This document shows positions 36,189 through 45,251 of a stretch of 64,000 nt of DNA, piece after piece. Position 1 is the stretch's first letter, and every line of letters begins with the position of its first letter. A model generated the notes under the pieces. That model was not told the origin of the DNA. It ran no database searches and saw only the letters and a program-made list of their open reading frames with translations. The DNA comes from an uncultured Clostridia bacterium (GTDB lineage Bacteria; Bacillota; Clostridia; Christensenellales; Borkfalkiaceae), in assembly GCA_944358655.1 (NCBI GenBank), contig CALVRO010000008.1, forward strand, positions 320 to 64,319. The letters run 5' to 3'. A program made the translations under genes and the position numbers.

Positions 36189-36929
36189 ATGTATATCAAG
36201 GGCAAGATATTGGGGATATGTACGGCTGCATGCGCGGCCGTATTTGTCGGTACGGCGGTCGCGGCGTGGTATGCCGACAGCTCGGAATATGTCTTTTCGG
36301 GCAACGTCACGGTGGAGGGAGTGATAGGCAACACCGGCACGGTGACCATTCCCGAGGAGCAAAAGGGGCAGAGTATATGCTACGGAGCGCCCAAGGATGC
36401 CTCGGATACAAGCTATTGGCTGTATTCGGACAGCGCAGGTTCGGAAAATCTTACCTTGGAATACACCTTTAATTTTTCAAACGTGACTAAAAACTCCGCC
36501 TTCATGATCTCTGTATCCGCAGAGGACGAGAATGAGGGCGGAAAAGAGTATAATTCTGCATACGGCGTGACCACAAACGGCAATTTATCTTCGTATAAAC
36601 ATGCAGTAGATAAGGAATATATCGCCGACGTAAACGAGGCCGAGATAGAGTATATAAGCGAGGGGAGTAAGGGCGTAACTTTTTCAAAATCAGATAATAT
36701 TTTCACGTTTAAAATGGACGAGGATGAGCACTACGCTAAAGTAGTTATTACATTCAAATGGGGCAAGGCATTTACAGGCGAGGACGGCGAGGTGAGTAAT
36801 CCCTATTATATATACAGAGATTACACTACAAACGAGAAAAAGCTTGAGGCGACGGACACTTTGGCCTACATTGCCGAGTGCCTGAGCGGTGTGCAATATA
36901 AAATAGTTTTTACTCCCGTAAGGCTTTAA
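36189..36929 (+). CDS. Secreted protein with a SipW-cognate-type signal peptide
   Basis: The N-terminus MYIKGKILGICTAACAAVFVGTAVAAWYADSSE resembles the TasA/CalY-class signal end (..GGTxAYFxD). The gene lies immediately upstream of a SipW-type peptidase. I recognise no family for the mature part. Confidence 0.6.
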   Translation: MYIKGKILGICTAACAAVFVGTAVAAWYADSSEYVFSGNVTVEGVIGNTGTVTIPEEQKGQSICYGAPKDASDTSYWLYSDSAGSENLTLEYTFNFSNVTKNSAFMISVSAEDENEGGKEYNSAYGVTTNGNLSSYKHAVDKEYIADVNEAEIEYISEGSKGVTFSKSDNIFTFKMDEDEHYAKVVITFKWGKAFTGEDGEVSNPYYIYRDYTTNEKKLEATDTLAYIAECLSGVQYKIVFTPVRL

Positions 36930-37027
36930 TTGCGGCTTATTCCCGCGCCAAACTTGTTTGGCGCGGGTTAATTGTAAAAACTGTTCAGAGTGGAATACGG
37001 CGGTAGTTGCCGCATAAGTGGTGGGTA

Positions 37028-37762
37028 ATGGCGTTGAAGATAGTGTGCGCCGCATTCGGGGCTGTGTTCGTCGCGCTCGGAACGGCGCAGATGATAGTAA
37101 GCTACAGGCGCGTTCGCGCCGACATATATGGCGGTCTGCGCGACGGCAATCTGAAGCCTAAGGCCATACGCAGAGTGCTTTCGGCTCTTTCGTACGCGCT
37201 GTGCGTTGTGCTGTGCGTGGCGGTATTGCTTTTTACCGCAAACAGCGCGCTGTTCAGACTGACGGGTAAGTATGTTTATTTGTGCTCGCTGGCAGCTAAG
37301 TCGGGCTCGATGAGCTATATTCACCCCTCTTTGACCCTTCCCGATGGGACGACGGAGGGGTTTAACACTTTCGACCTCGTCTTTATAGAGCATGCCGACG
37401 GCGAAAAGCTGAAAGTGGGCGATATTATAGCCTTTTGGTGCGGGGAGGAAATTGTAATTCACCGGATAGCCGAGATAGCTGAGCGTGAGGGCGCGAGATA
37501 TTTCGCAACGCGCGGCGACGCCAACGCCGTCGCGGATGAGGGGTATGTGTCCGAGGACGGAATAGTTGGCACATACTATGGGGTTAAAGTGCCGTATTTG
37601 GGCGGAGGGTTGCTCTTTCTCGGTTCGGCGGAGGGGCTCAGTCTGCTCGGCGCGGCGCTGTATTTCTGCGTTATATCCTCCGTACTAAATTCAAGATTAA
37701 AACAAGCCGAGGCCCGTCGGCGCGAAGTTCTCCGCACCGCAGCGGAGGAGCGCGGGGGCTGA
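37028..37762 (+). CDS. sipW: Signal peptidase I, SipW/ER-type (S26B)
   Basis: Catalytic Ser box KSGSMSYIHP, His box EIVIHRI, ATRGDANAVAD block, and a C-terminal TM. Compared with short SipW proteins it carries an extra N-terminal TM segment. The start at ATG 37028 is uncertain; a TTG at 37007 is also possible. Confidence 0.82.
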   Translation: MALKIVCAAFGAVFVALGTAQMIVSYRRVRADIYGGLRDGNLKPKAIRRVLSALSYALCVVLCVAVLLFTANSALFRLTGKYVYLCSLAAKSGSMSYIHPSLTLPDGTTEGFNTFDLVFIEHADGEKLKVGDIIAFWCGEEIVIHRIAEIAEREGARYFATRGDANAVADEGYVSEDGIVGTYYGVKVPYLGGGLLFLGSAEGLSLLGAALYFCVISSVLNSRLKQAEARRREVLRTAAEERGG

Positions 37763-37908
37763 GCTGCGGAAGTATAAGCTCGAAATAATTTAAAAGAGCC
37801 GAAACGATTTGAGGCGCGCGGCAGGGATAATGCGAAATAGCTTGGTGCAATCTTTAAAGTTTGAAAAAGCTGAAATAAGTTAAGAACAGTGAAATTATTT
37901 TAAAGTAT

Positions 37909-37952
37909 AACGGCGCGGGGCGGCAAATTTTTGCCGCCCCGCGCCGTTTTTT
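37909..37952 (+). terminator. Intrinsic terminator after sipW
   Basis: ACGGCGCGGGGCGGCAAA-ttt-TTGCCGCCCCGCGCCGT followed by TTTTTT. Confidence 0.88.
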
Positions 37953-38018
37953 ACAAATTATGGTTCTTGAACTTTTAAAAACTACGGTTCTTGAGTTTTA
38001 GGATTTTGCTTTCGCGGC

Positions 38019-38197
38019 GGCATATCTGCGTGGTTGGAAGGAAGCGTAGGTGCGGATATATGCCTCGTTCAAGGCGGATATTGGCATGGACTAAGTTAGA
38101 CTACTTTTATTTTCAATAGGTGGATTGAAAGAAACTGCGCATGCCTCGCCGGGCATATCTGCGGGGTTGAAAGGTGGTGTTGGTGCGGATATATGCC
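38019..38197. repeat. Two tandem copies (period 133 bp) of an imperfect hairpin repeat
   Basis: GGCATATCTGCG..(~21 nt)..GCGGATATATGCC occurs at 38019-38064 and again at 38152-38197, with similar flanks (cgttcaaGgcgGata versus cgttcaaCgcgAata). Confidence 0.6.
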
Positions 38198-38274
38198 CCG
38201 TTCAACGCGAATACGGGTGCGGGTCAAGTCGGTCTGCTTGTGCTTCGGAAGGGTGTTGCAAGGCCGCGTATGCC

Positions 38275-38490
38275 TCGCGGGGAGGAAGAGAGGGATAGGG
38301 GTAGGAAGAAAGGGGAGGAAAAGAGGTAAGGGAAGGCAAAACTTTTTACGGGTAAAATGACGGGCAAAATAGCAGGGCGGGGAGGAGGTATGGGAAGGCG
38401 GGAAAAAATTTTTTTGAGGGACAAAAAAGGGGCGACTATAAATAGTTACGCGCGAGGGCGGCCGAGGGATAACTTGAGGGGGCGCTCGGG
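38275..38490 (+). other. Polypurine (GGA/GGG-rich) tract
   Basis: The line 38281-38340 has 4 pyrimidines in 60 nt on the + strand. The purine bias continues more weakly to about 38490. The only ORFs are low-complexity ones on the complementary strand. Confidence 0.55.
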
Positions 38491-38492
38491 TA

Positions 38493-38520
38493 TTGACAAA
38501 TACAAAAAGCGTGATAAAAT
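38493..38520 (+). promoter_or_regulatory. Strong sigma-70-like promoter with an extended -10, upstream of TCS-1
   Basis: TTGACA (38493-38498), a 16-nt spacer, then TGaTAAAAT (38512-38520). This would give a leader of about 310 nt before the response-regulator ATG at 38840. Confidence 0.5.
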
Positions 38521-38839
38521 GGAGAAAAATGCGTGTGCGGGCGCGTAAAATGGGCAAAAATGCCGAAATTTTCATCGCCTCCGCGCAAAGTTGTCTGATA
38601 TTTTAAGGCGCCTTTTTCGCGGCAAAAAAGGCGCGGGCGCGACCTTTGGTCGCGCCCGCAAAAAAACATTGTCTGCCGCATGTCGGAAGGGAATGACGGG
38701 GGCACGCTCTTTAGTGCGACGGCGCGAGCGCGCGCGGCAAACAGCCGCGGCGTATCGGTAAGGATATGCCGTATATGGCGCTTGTCGTTTTAAGCAAATG
38801 GCTCCTATTCCCGCCCGGCAAAAGGGAGGAGGAAGTAAA

Positions 38840-39550
38840 ATGATCAAAATTGCCATTGTAGAGGACACCAAGTCCGACGTTGACAAAATTCTGTCGTACT
38901 TAAAGGATTTCTGCGCTGCGGAAAACATTGAGTACAAGGCCGAAGCCTTTACGGACGGCATGTTTTTTATCGACAAATCCAAGAACAACTACGACATCGT
39001 CGTGCTCGATATAGGCATGCCGCTGCTTGACGGTATGAGCACGGCCAAAAAACTGCGCGAAACGGGCTGGGGCGGGAACATAATCTTCGTCACCAACATG
39101 GCGCAATACGCCATTTCGGGTTACGAGGTCGACGCTTCGGCCTATCTTGTCAAGCCCGTCACCTACCCCGGCTTCGTGGCCGCGATAAAAAAGATACTCG
39201 CCAGGATGAAGATAAGGGGCGAGAAGGGCAGCGACATAGTCATCTCCTCCAAAAAGGGCGTGAACATAATCTCCCCGACCGACCTCAAGTACATACAGGT
39301 CGACGGGCACGACCTGTACTTCAACACCGTAAGCGGCGCGGTGTGTTATCACAGGCGGTCTTTAAAGGAGTTCGCCGCAGTGCTGCCCGAGGCGAGCTTT
39401 GCCTACTGCTCCAACTACTGCGTGGTCAACTTCGAGTTCATCTCCTGCCTGAAGGGCAACAAGGTCATTTTGTCCGACGGCACCGAGCTCGACATAACGC
39501 GCAGCAAAAAGAAGGACTTTATCGAGCGCTTCATGGCGTACATAAGGTGA
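38840..39550 (+). CDS. LytTR-family response regulator (TCS-1)
   Basis: Receiver domain (MIKIAIVEDT..., DIVVLDIGMP, phospho-Asp context) plus a C-terminal LytTR domain (IQVDGHDLYFNT...HRRSLKEF...FAYCSNYCVVN). RBS GGAGGAGG. The ORF-track start at 38798 was rejected. Confidence 0.92.
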   Translation: MIKIAIVEDTKSDVDKILSYLKDFCAAENIEYKAEAFTDGMFFIDKSKNNYDIVVLDIGMPLLDGMSTAKKLRETGWGGNIIFVTNMAQYAISGYEVDASAYLVKPVTYPGFVAAIKKILARMKIRGEKGSDIVISSKKGVNIISPTDLKYIQVDGHDLYFNTVSGAVCYHRRSLKEFAAVLPEASFAYCSNYCVVNFEFISCLKGNKVILSDGTELDITRSKKKDFIERFMAYIR

Positions 39551-39553
39551 ACC

Positions 39554-40849
39554 ATGGGCGCGATAGTTGAATTTTTCATACGCAATTTTTTTGTGTTTGA
39601 AATGATGATCTGCTACATTCCCTACATCCCGCTGCTCAAGGCCGACAAAAACAGCTGGTGGAAGGCGATCATCTCGGCGGCCGTGCTCGTCGTCTACTGC
39701 GTGCTGCCGATATGGCGGCATCAGTCGGACTCGGAAGTAGTGCTGAACATATTCGCCATAATGTCCTTCCTGTCGCAGTTTATTCTGACATGCGTGGGCA
39801 TAAAGCTCAGCTTCAGGTCGGACATATGGACGTGCATCTTCTGCGGCATAAGCGCCTACCTCACCCAGCACATCTTTTTCAGAACGCGCATGATAACCAA
39901 TGCGCTGCTTTCGGAGTTCGGCGTAGACATAGAGTGGGTCAACTATCTGTACTATTGGGGTGAGCTGGCGCTGGTCAATCTTCTGTGCTGGCTGTTCTTC
40001 GCCAGGGGACTGCAGAGGCAGGGCGCGTTCAGAATAAACAACAGGCGTCTGCTCATCATGTCGCTGGTGGCGCTGGTGGTGGTAAATTTCCTCAACACCA
40101 TCAGCATGATCTACTCCTTCACCATGCCCTTCGTGCCCCTGACGGCTTTCTATCTCTACGCGATGCTCGACTGCGTCATCCTGCTCTACTGCCTGTACGA
40201 GAATATCTACGTCAAGTCGATAGAGGACGAGGTAAAGGCCGTACACTCGCTGTGGCAGGAGGACAGGAAGAGGTACGAAATAGCCAAGAGCAGCATGGAT
40301 CTGCTCAACATGAAGATACACGACCTCAAATACCGCATCTCCGGCGCCATAGAGGACGAAACTACGCTCAAGGAAGTAACCAAGGCCATCGCCGCCTGCG
40401 ACGCCCTGCTGCACACCGACAACGAGGTGCTCGACGTAGTGCTGTCGCAGAGCAAGATGAGGTGCGACAGCAAGGGCATCCGCTTTTCGTGCATGGTCGA
40501 CGGCAAACTGCTCGACAGAATGAGCGCGGGCGACCTGTATTCGCTGTTCAGCAACGCCATCGACAACGCCGTTGAGTGCCTCGACAGGGTAGACGAGCCC
40601 GAAAAGAAGAGCCTGTCCGTTGTGGTGAAGCGGCTGAGCGACATGGCCGTGGTGCAGATAGAAAACTATGTGCCCAACGACGTCGCCTTTGTGGACGGCC
40701 TGCCGCAGACCACCAAGCCCGACAAGCTCAACCACGGCTTCGGCGTAAAGAGCATGAAGTATATAGTTAAAAAATACGGAGGATATATCAATTTCAGCAC
40801 GGACGACAACATTTTCCGCGTCGAAATGGTGGTGCCCGTCGCCGCCTGA
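39554..40849 (+). CDS. GHKL sensor histidine kinase, AgrC/HPK10-like, polytopic N-terminus (TCS-1)
   Basis: About 6-7 TM helices with short loops. H-box NMKIHDLKYRI, N-box LFSNAIDNAVEC, G-box HGFGVKSMKYIVKKYGG. Confidence 0.88.
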   Translation: MGAIVEFFIRNFFVFEMMICYIPYIPLLKADKNSWWKAIISAAVLVVYCVLPIWRHQSDSEVVLNIFAIMSFLSQFILTCVGIKLSFRSDIWTCIFCGISAYLTQHIFFRTRMITNALLSEFGVDIEWVNYLYYWGELALVNLLCWLFFARGLQRQGAFRINNRRLLIMSLVALVVVNFLNTISMIYSFTMPFVPLTAFYLYAMLDCVILLYCLYENIYVKSIEDEVKAVHSLWQEDRKRYEIAKSSMDLLNMKIHDLKYRISGAIEDETTLKEVTKAIAACDALLHTDNEVLDVVLSQSKMRCDSKGIRFSCMVDGKLLDRMSAGDLYSLFSNAIDNAVECLDRVDEPEKKSLSVVVKRLSDMAVVQIENYVPNDVAFVDGLPQTTKPDKLNHGFGVKSMKYIVKKYGGYINFSTDDNIFRVEMVVPVAA

Positions 40850-40927
40850 GCGCCCCGCAAAGGGCCGGTAAGGCGTTAACGGCGAGAAAACTCAAAAGAT
40901 AGGGGAGTCAAACGCTCCCCCGCGGTA

Positions 40928-40985
40928 AAAAGGCCCGCCCCGTCTTTCGAGACGGGGCGGGCCTTTGGCGTGTTCTTTTTTTCGT
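40928..40985 (+). terminator. Intrinsic terminator after TCS-1
   Basis: AAAGGCCCGCCCCGTCT-ttcg-AGACGGGGCGGGCCTTT, followed shortly by a T-run. Confidence 0.8.
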
Positions 40986-41111
40986 CCTCAGATATTTTGC
41001 GGCCTGTTTTGCGCCCCGGCGCGGCCATGCCGTCCGCCGTTCCACCGAATGATAGAAAATTTCATTTTTTGTAAGCCATGGCTGTTTGCGTGCAGGTTGC
41101 GGCGGGTCACA

Positions 41112-41140
41112 TTGACGTAAGCTCCCGCTGCGGTTACTAT
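41112..41140 (+). promoter_or_regulatory. Candidate promoter of GH3-A
   Basis: TTGACG, a 17-nt spacer, then TACTAT. The spacer and -10 are embedded in an inverted repeat GCTCCC...GGGAGC. Confidence 0.4.
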
Positions 41141-41215
41141 AAGGGAGCAGTTTGCCCCCCGGGTGCCGTATTGTCGGGAAAAACTGCGAAACATAACTTA
41201 TACAGGAGGATTGCA

Positions 41216-44200
41216 ATGAACAAAACCAAACGGATCGGCGCGGCCTCGGCAGCCATTCTGCTCGCATTGAGTATGAGCGCAACGGCAATGGTCACCCCCA
41301 TGGCTTCGGCGGCTACCGCCGGATCGACGGGCGGCAAGTACTACACCGACTTTGCGACGTACGAAGAAGAGCTCGAGTATGCCGAAAGGCTCAATCAGGA
41401 GATCTTTGCCGACTCTGTAGTTCTGATGAAGAACAAGAACAACGCTCTGCCGCTCAATATCGACACGGAGAGCGACATCTCGCTCGTGGGCATGTTGTCG
41501 TACAACATCATAACGGGCGGCACGGGCTCGGGCGCGGGCAACGGCGGTGATAGACTTATCACCATCGAGGACAACCTCAAGGCGACCGGTTTCAATATGA
41601 ATGAAAAGGCGGCCAACGCCTACAAGAATTCCACCCTCAGCACGGGTTCGGAAGCTCCCTCGTCCATTCTCAACAGCGCGAGCGGTTCCTTTAAATTCTA
41701 CGGCGACGCCGTCATCTGGACTATAGGCCGCGTGGGCGGCGAGGGCAACGACCTTGCATACTTCAATACAGACACCAACAAGGATACTTCCAAGCACGCC
41801 CTTGAACTCAACGACAACGAGCTCGACATGCTCGAATACCTCGAAGGCCTCAAGGACGCGGGCACGATAAAGAAATTGGTCGTCCTCGTCAACTCGGCCA
41901 ACGTATTTGAAATGGCTCCCCTCGAGGACAACGACAACGTCGACGCCATCCTCTGGATAGGTCAGCCCGGTGCGGCGGGTCTCGGCGGTCTGGGCAGAGT
42001 GCTGACGGGCGAAGTCAGCCCCTCGGGCAGGACGGCCGACATATGGAACGCCAACCACAAGAACGACCCCACATGGCAGAACACCGGTACGGCCGGAATG
42101 AACGGTACCGACCCCGACACCGGAGAGGCGTACACCAGCACGGCCTTCTACAAGAACGCAGAGGGCGAATATGTGGCCATCAAGGGTCGCGACAGCCGTG
42201 CGGGCATGGAAGAGTCCGGTAAGGTGATCGAATACGAAGAGGGCATATACATGGGCTATAAGTATTACGAGACGGCGGCAGCCGACGGAGTGCTTACCGA
42301 CCCTGACGTAGGCTACGTTGCCGCCGAGGGCACAATACCCGCCCAGCACGGCGCCGACGCATACTACAACCGTTCGACGGGCGTCGTATATCCCTACGGC
42401 TACGGCCTCAGCTACACCTCCTTCTCGCAGGAGTTGGTTACCACGGCCGGCGAGCTCGAAGCCGCCGTCAACGGCAAGAGCAAGCTCGACGACAAGGTCA
42501 GCGTACAGGTCACCGTCACCAACACGGGCAACGTTGCGGGCAAGGAAGTTGTTCAGCTCTACGTTCACGCCCCCTACATCGACGGCGGCATAGAAAAGGC
42601 CGAAGTTTCGCTTGTATCCTTCGGCAAGACGGGCCTTCTTCAGCCCGGCGAGAGCGAGACGGTCACCATGCAGGTGCGTCTCGGCGACATAGCCTCCTTC
42701 GACTATGACGACGCCAACGGCAACGGCTGGAAGGGCTACGAAATAGAGGCGGGCAACTACGAGTTCAGGCTTCAGAAGAACTCGCACGAGGAGATCGACG
42801 CCCTCGAAGTCGCCCTCACCGCAAAGACCACCACGCTCGACAACGACGGCGACGCCACCAACAACACTCCCTTCTCCAACGGCGACGACTTCGACTCGCT
42901 GCTCAACATCAAGGATAAGTCCACTGGCAAGGTAGACACCCCCACGGGCTATGAAGCAGGCGACTTCGACGTGACGGGCGAAGTGGGCGGCAAGATGACC
43001 ATAATGTCCCGCGCCGAAGACAAGGGCGGCCTTGCAGGCACCTTCCCCACGGCTCCCAAGGCCTCGGATATGCTGTACGGCAAGAGGGTCATCGAACTCC
43101 TTTACTGCTATGACGATATGGCCGACGTAGCCACCGAAACTTCAAGGTACACCAGCTACGCCGACAGCCGCAGCGACAAGCCCACCGACCCTTGGTACAA
43201 GACCGAAGCCGATATCCCCGCTTCGTGGACTCAGGGTGCGGGCACCAAGACTGCCGACGGCAAGTACGAGGTGCAGCTCGCCAACATGACGGGCATAGCC
43301 GCCGACGAAGAAGAGTGGGTAGAGTTCATGAACCAGTTTACATACGAAGAACTCATCACCATAATCAGCAGCAGCGGTTCGCCTGCAGTCACTTCGGTAG
43401 GCAAACCTTCTCTCAGCGCAGCCGACGGCCCCGGCCAGCTCTCCAACGGTACCTTCTGGTGCTGCGAAGTCAACATAGGTTCCACATGGGATCTTTCCCT
43501 CGCCGAAAAGCAGGGCCTTGCCATAGGCAACGAGTCGCTGTTCATGGGCATCACCGGTTGGTGGGGCCCCGGCGTCAACATCCATCGTTCTCCCTTCGGC
43601 GGCAGAAACTTCGAATATTATTCGCAGGATACCGTTCACGCAGGCCTCATGGTCGCCGCGGTAGTCAGCGCCTACGAGTCCAAGGGCGGCATAGCTTACC
43701 TTAAGCACTTTGCCGTCGACGACATGGAAAACGTCCGCTACGGCTGCGGCACGTTCGTAGACGAGCAGGCAATGCGCGAAAATTATCTCAAAGTATTCGA
43801 GTACGGCGTAAAGGAAGGCGGCGCGGGCGCCATGATGGCCTCGCACAACAGAATAGGCGCCATACAGAACTACGGCAACTGGGCTCTCACCACGGCCGTA
43901 GCCATCAATGAATGGGGCTTCGACGGCTATATCCAGTCGGATATGTACGTCGGCTACTCCAGGTGCTATTCGGTTCTCCGCAGCGGCGCCAGCATACTCA
44001 TGGGCAGCTTCAGCGGCAACAACAAGGTAACGGGCACATGGGACGCCACAGTCACCCGTGCAAACGGCGGCGTGGGCGCTGTCCGCGACGGCGTAGCCGG
44101 TGCCGACGGCACTGTTCCCGTATCCTACACGCAGTGGTACGCCGTGCGCAACGCGGCTCAAAGGCTGCTCTACATACAGGCCAACAGCAGCGTGCTCGAT

Positions 44201-45133
44201 AACGGCACCGACACTTCGGTATTCACCGACAAGACCTTCGAAGCCACTCAGAACGTTGAGTTCACCGCCTCCGTTGGGGTAAAGGCCGAGGATGTCAAGG
44301 CAACCGAACTTTCTTACAATCTTGAAGGCGCTCTGCCCGCAGGTCTGACTTTCGACTCCCTTACGGGCGAAATAAGCGGTACTCCCACCGAGTCCGGTGA
44401 GTTCACGGCAAGCGTAGAACTCGTAGCCGACGGCTGGGTGACCAAGACTGCCACGCTCACCTTCAAAATCAAACCCACCATCGAGGTCACGGTGACCACC
44501 GCCGAACCTGCCGTAGGCAGCGCGTTCGCGGCCACCGTTACCAACAACATCCCCGACTTCAAAGTCGTCGACAGGACCGAGGTAGAGGAGAACGAAGAGG
44601 AGGGCACCTTCTACACCGCAGCTTCGTTCAGCGCCGAGGGTCTGCCTGCAGGCCTTACGATAGACGAGGCCACGGGCGCCATCTCCGGCACACCCACCGA
44701 GGCGGGCACCTTCACCGTCATCGTCAAGCTCAACTACACCAAGACGATCGCCACACAGGGTGGCTTCGGCCCCGGCCCGTCCGACTTCGAACCCTTCGGC
44801 TTCGGCCCCGGCGGCCCCAGCGGCGGCGGCTTCCAGCTCAACGACGAACATGGCAGCTATGTGGCCGAAATAGTCATCACCATAGCGGGCACGGGCGAGG
44901 AGACCCCCGAACCTCCCGCAGGCGGCGTAACTGCCGAAGATATCGCCGATATCAACGACAGGCTCGACGCGCTTGAAGAAGCCATCTCCAAGGACAGCGG
45001 CTCCACCGACGGCGAAACTTCCGAAGGCGGCTGCGGCAGCACCGTGGGCTTTGCTTCGCTGGCTCTGGCAGTGCCCGTAATAGCTGCGGCATGGCTTGTG
45101 GCTGCAAAGGCACGCAAGAGGCAGGATAAGTAA
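41216..45133 (+). CDS. Secreted glycoside hydrolase family 3 (GH3-A), permuted domain order, He_PIG-type Ig repeats, GCGS/TM/basic tail
   Basis: RBS AGGAGG. Signal peptide MNKTKRIGAASAAILLALSMSATAMV. Domain order: alpha/beta-sandwich start VVLMKNKNNALPL ... GYGLSYTSF; then Fn3-like VTVTNTGNVAGKEVVQLYV; then the barrel domain GPGVNIHRSPFGGRNFEYYSQD, KHFAVDD and nucleophile context GYIQSDM. Two LPAGLTxD..TG.ISGTPTE.G Ig-like repeats. The tail is EGGCGS + TM + KARKRQDK. Confidence 0.92.
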   Translation: MNKTKRIGAASAAILLALSMSATAMVTPMASAATAGSTGGKYYTDFATYEEELEYAERLNQEIFADSVVLMKNKNNALPLNIDTESDISLVGMLSYNIITGGTGSGAGNGGDRLITIEDNLKATGFNMNEKAANAYKNSTLSTGSEAPSSILNSASGSFKFYGDAVIWTIGRVGGEGNDLAYFNTDTNKDTSKHALELNDNELDMLEYLEGLKDAGTIKKLVVLVNSANVFEMAPLEDNDNVDAILWIGQPGAAGLGGLGRVLTGEVSPSGRTADIWNANHKNDPTWQNTGTAGMNGTDPDTGEAYTSTAFYKNAEGEYVAIKGRDSRAGMEESGKVIEYEEGIYMGYKYYETAAADGVLTDPDVGYVAAEGTIPAQHGADAYYNRSTGVVYPYGYGLSYTSFSQELVTTAGELEAAVNGKSKLDDKVSVQVTVTNTGNVAGKEVVQLYVHAPYIDGGIEKAEVSLVSFGKTGLLQPGESETVTMQVRLGDIASFDYDDANGNGWKGYEIEAGNYEFRLQKNSHEEIDALEVALTAKTTTLDNDGDATNNTPFSNGDDFDSLLNIKDKSTGKVDTPTGYEAGDFDVTGEVGGKMTIMSRAEDKGGLAGTFPTAPKASDMLYGKRVIELLYCYDDMADVATETSRYTSYADSRSDKPTDPWYKTEADIPASWTQGAGTKTADGKYEVQLANMTGIAADEEEWVEFMNQFTYEELITIISSSGSPAVTSVGKPSLSAADGPGQLSNGTFWCCEVNIGSTWDLSLAEKQGLAIGNESLFMGITGWWGPGVNIHRSPFGGRNFEYYSQDTVHAGLMVAAVVSAYESKGGIAYLKHFAVDDMENVRYGCGTFVDEQAMRENYLKVFEYGVKEGGAGAMMASHNRIGAIQNYGNWALTTAVAINEWGFDGYIQSDMYVGYSRCYSVLRSGASILMGSFSGNNKVTGTWDATVTRANGGVGAVRDGVAGADGTVPVSYTQWYAVRNAAQRLLYIQANSSVLDNGTDTSVFTDKTFEATQNVEFTASVGVKAEDVKATELSYNLEGALPAGLTFDSLTGEISGTPTESGEFTASVELVADGWVTKTATLTFKIKPTIEVTVTTAEPAVGSAFAATVTNNIPDFKVVDRTEVEENEEEGTFYTAASFSAEGLPAGLTIDEATGAISGTPTEAGTFTVIVKLNYTKTIATQGGFGPGPSDFEPFGFGPGGPSGGGFQLNDEHGSYVAEIVITIAGTGEETPEPPAGGVTAEDIADINDRLDALEEAISKDSGSTDGETSEGGCGSTVGFASLALAVPVIAAAWLVAAKARKRQDK

Positions 45134-45251
45134 AATTTATCAAACAGCTTTTTAAAAGCTCATATTCTTCCATCCATCCCCAACTTACAATAGGTTCCAA
45201 CGGCCTCGCGCCGTTGGGATCTATTGTAAAATTTAATTGAGAGGTAACAAC

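Noticed and set aside
38529-38606. 25-codon sORF (MRVRARKMGKNAEIFIASAQSCLIF) just downstream of the strong promoter and upstream of the AgrC/AgrA-like TCS-1. It was considered as an AgrD-like autoinducer precursor.
   Set aside because: There is no AgrB-like processing gene. Only 3 residues follow the Cys, whereas AIP rings need Cys+4 plus a C-terminal recognition tail. It has no amphipathic leader, and its ATG would lie at or before the predicted TSS. It is kept only as a remote possibility.
38096-38988. Minus-strand ORFs of 159 aa, 138 aa and 89 aa across the polypurine tract.
   Set aside because: Their Pro/Ser/Phe-rich low-complexity products are simply the complement of the purine tract. 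One overlaps the response-regulator gene antisense. They have no RBS.
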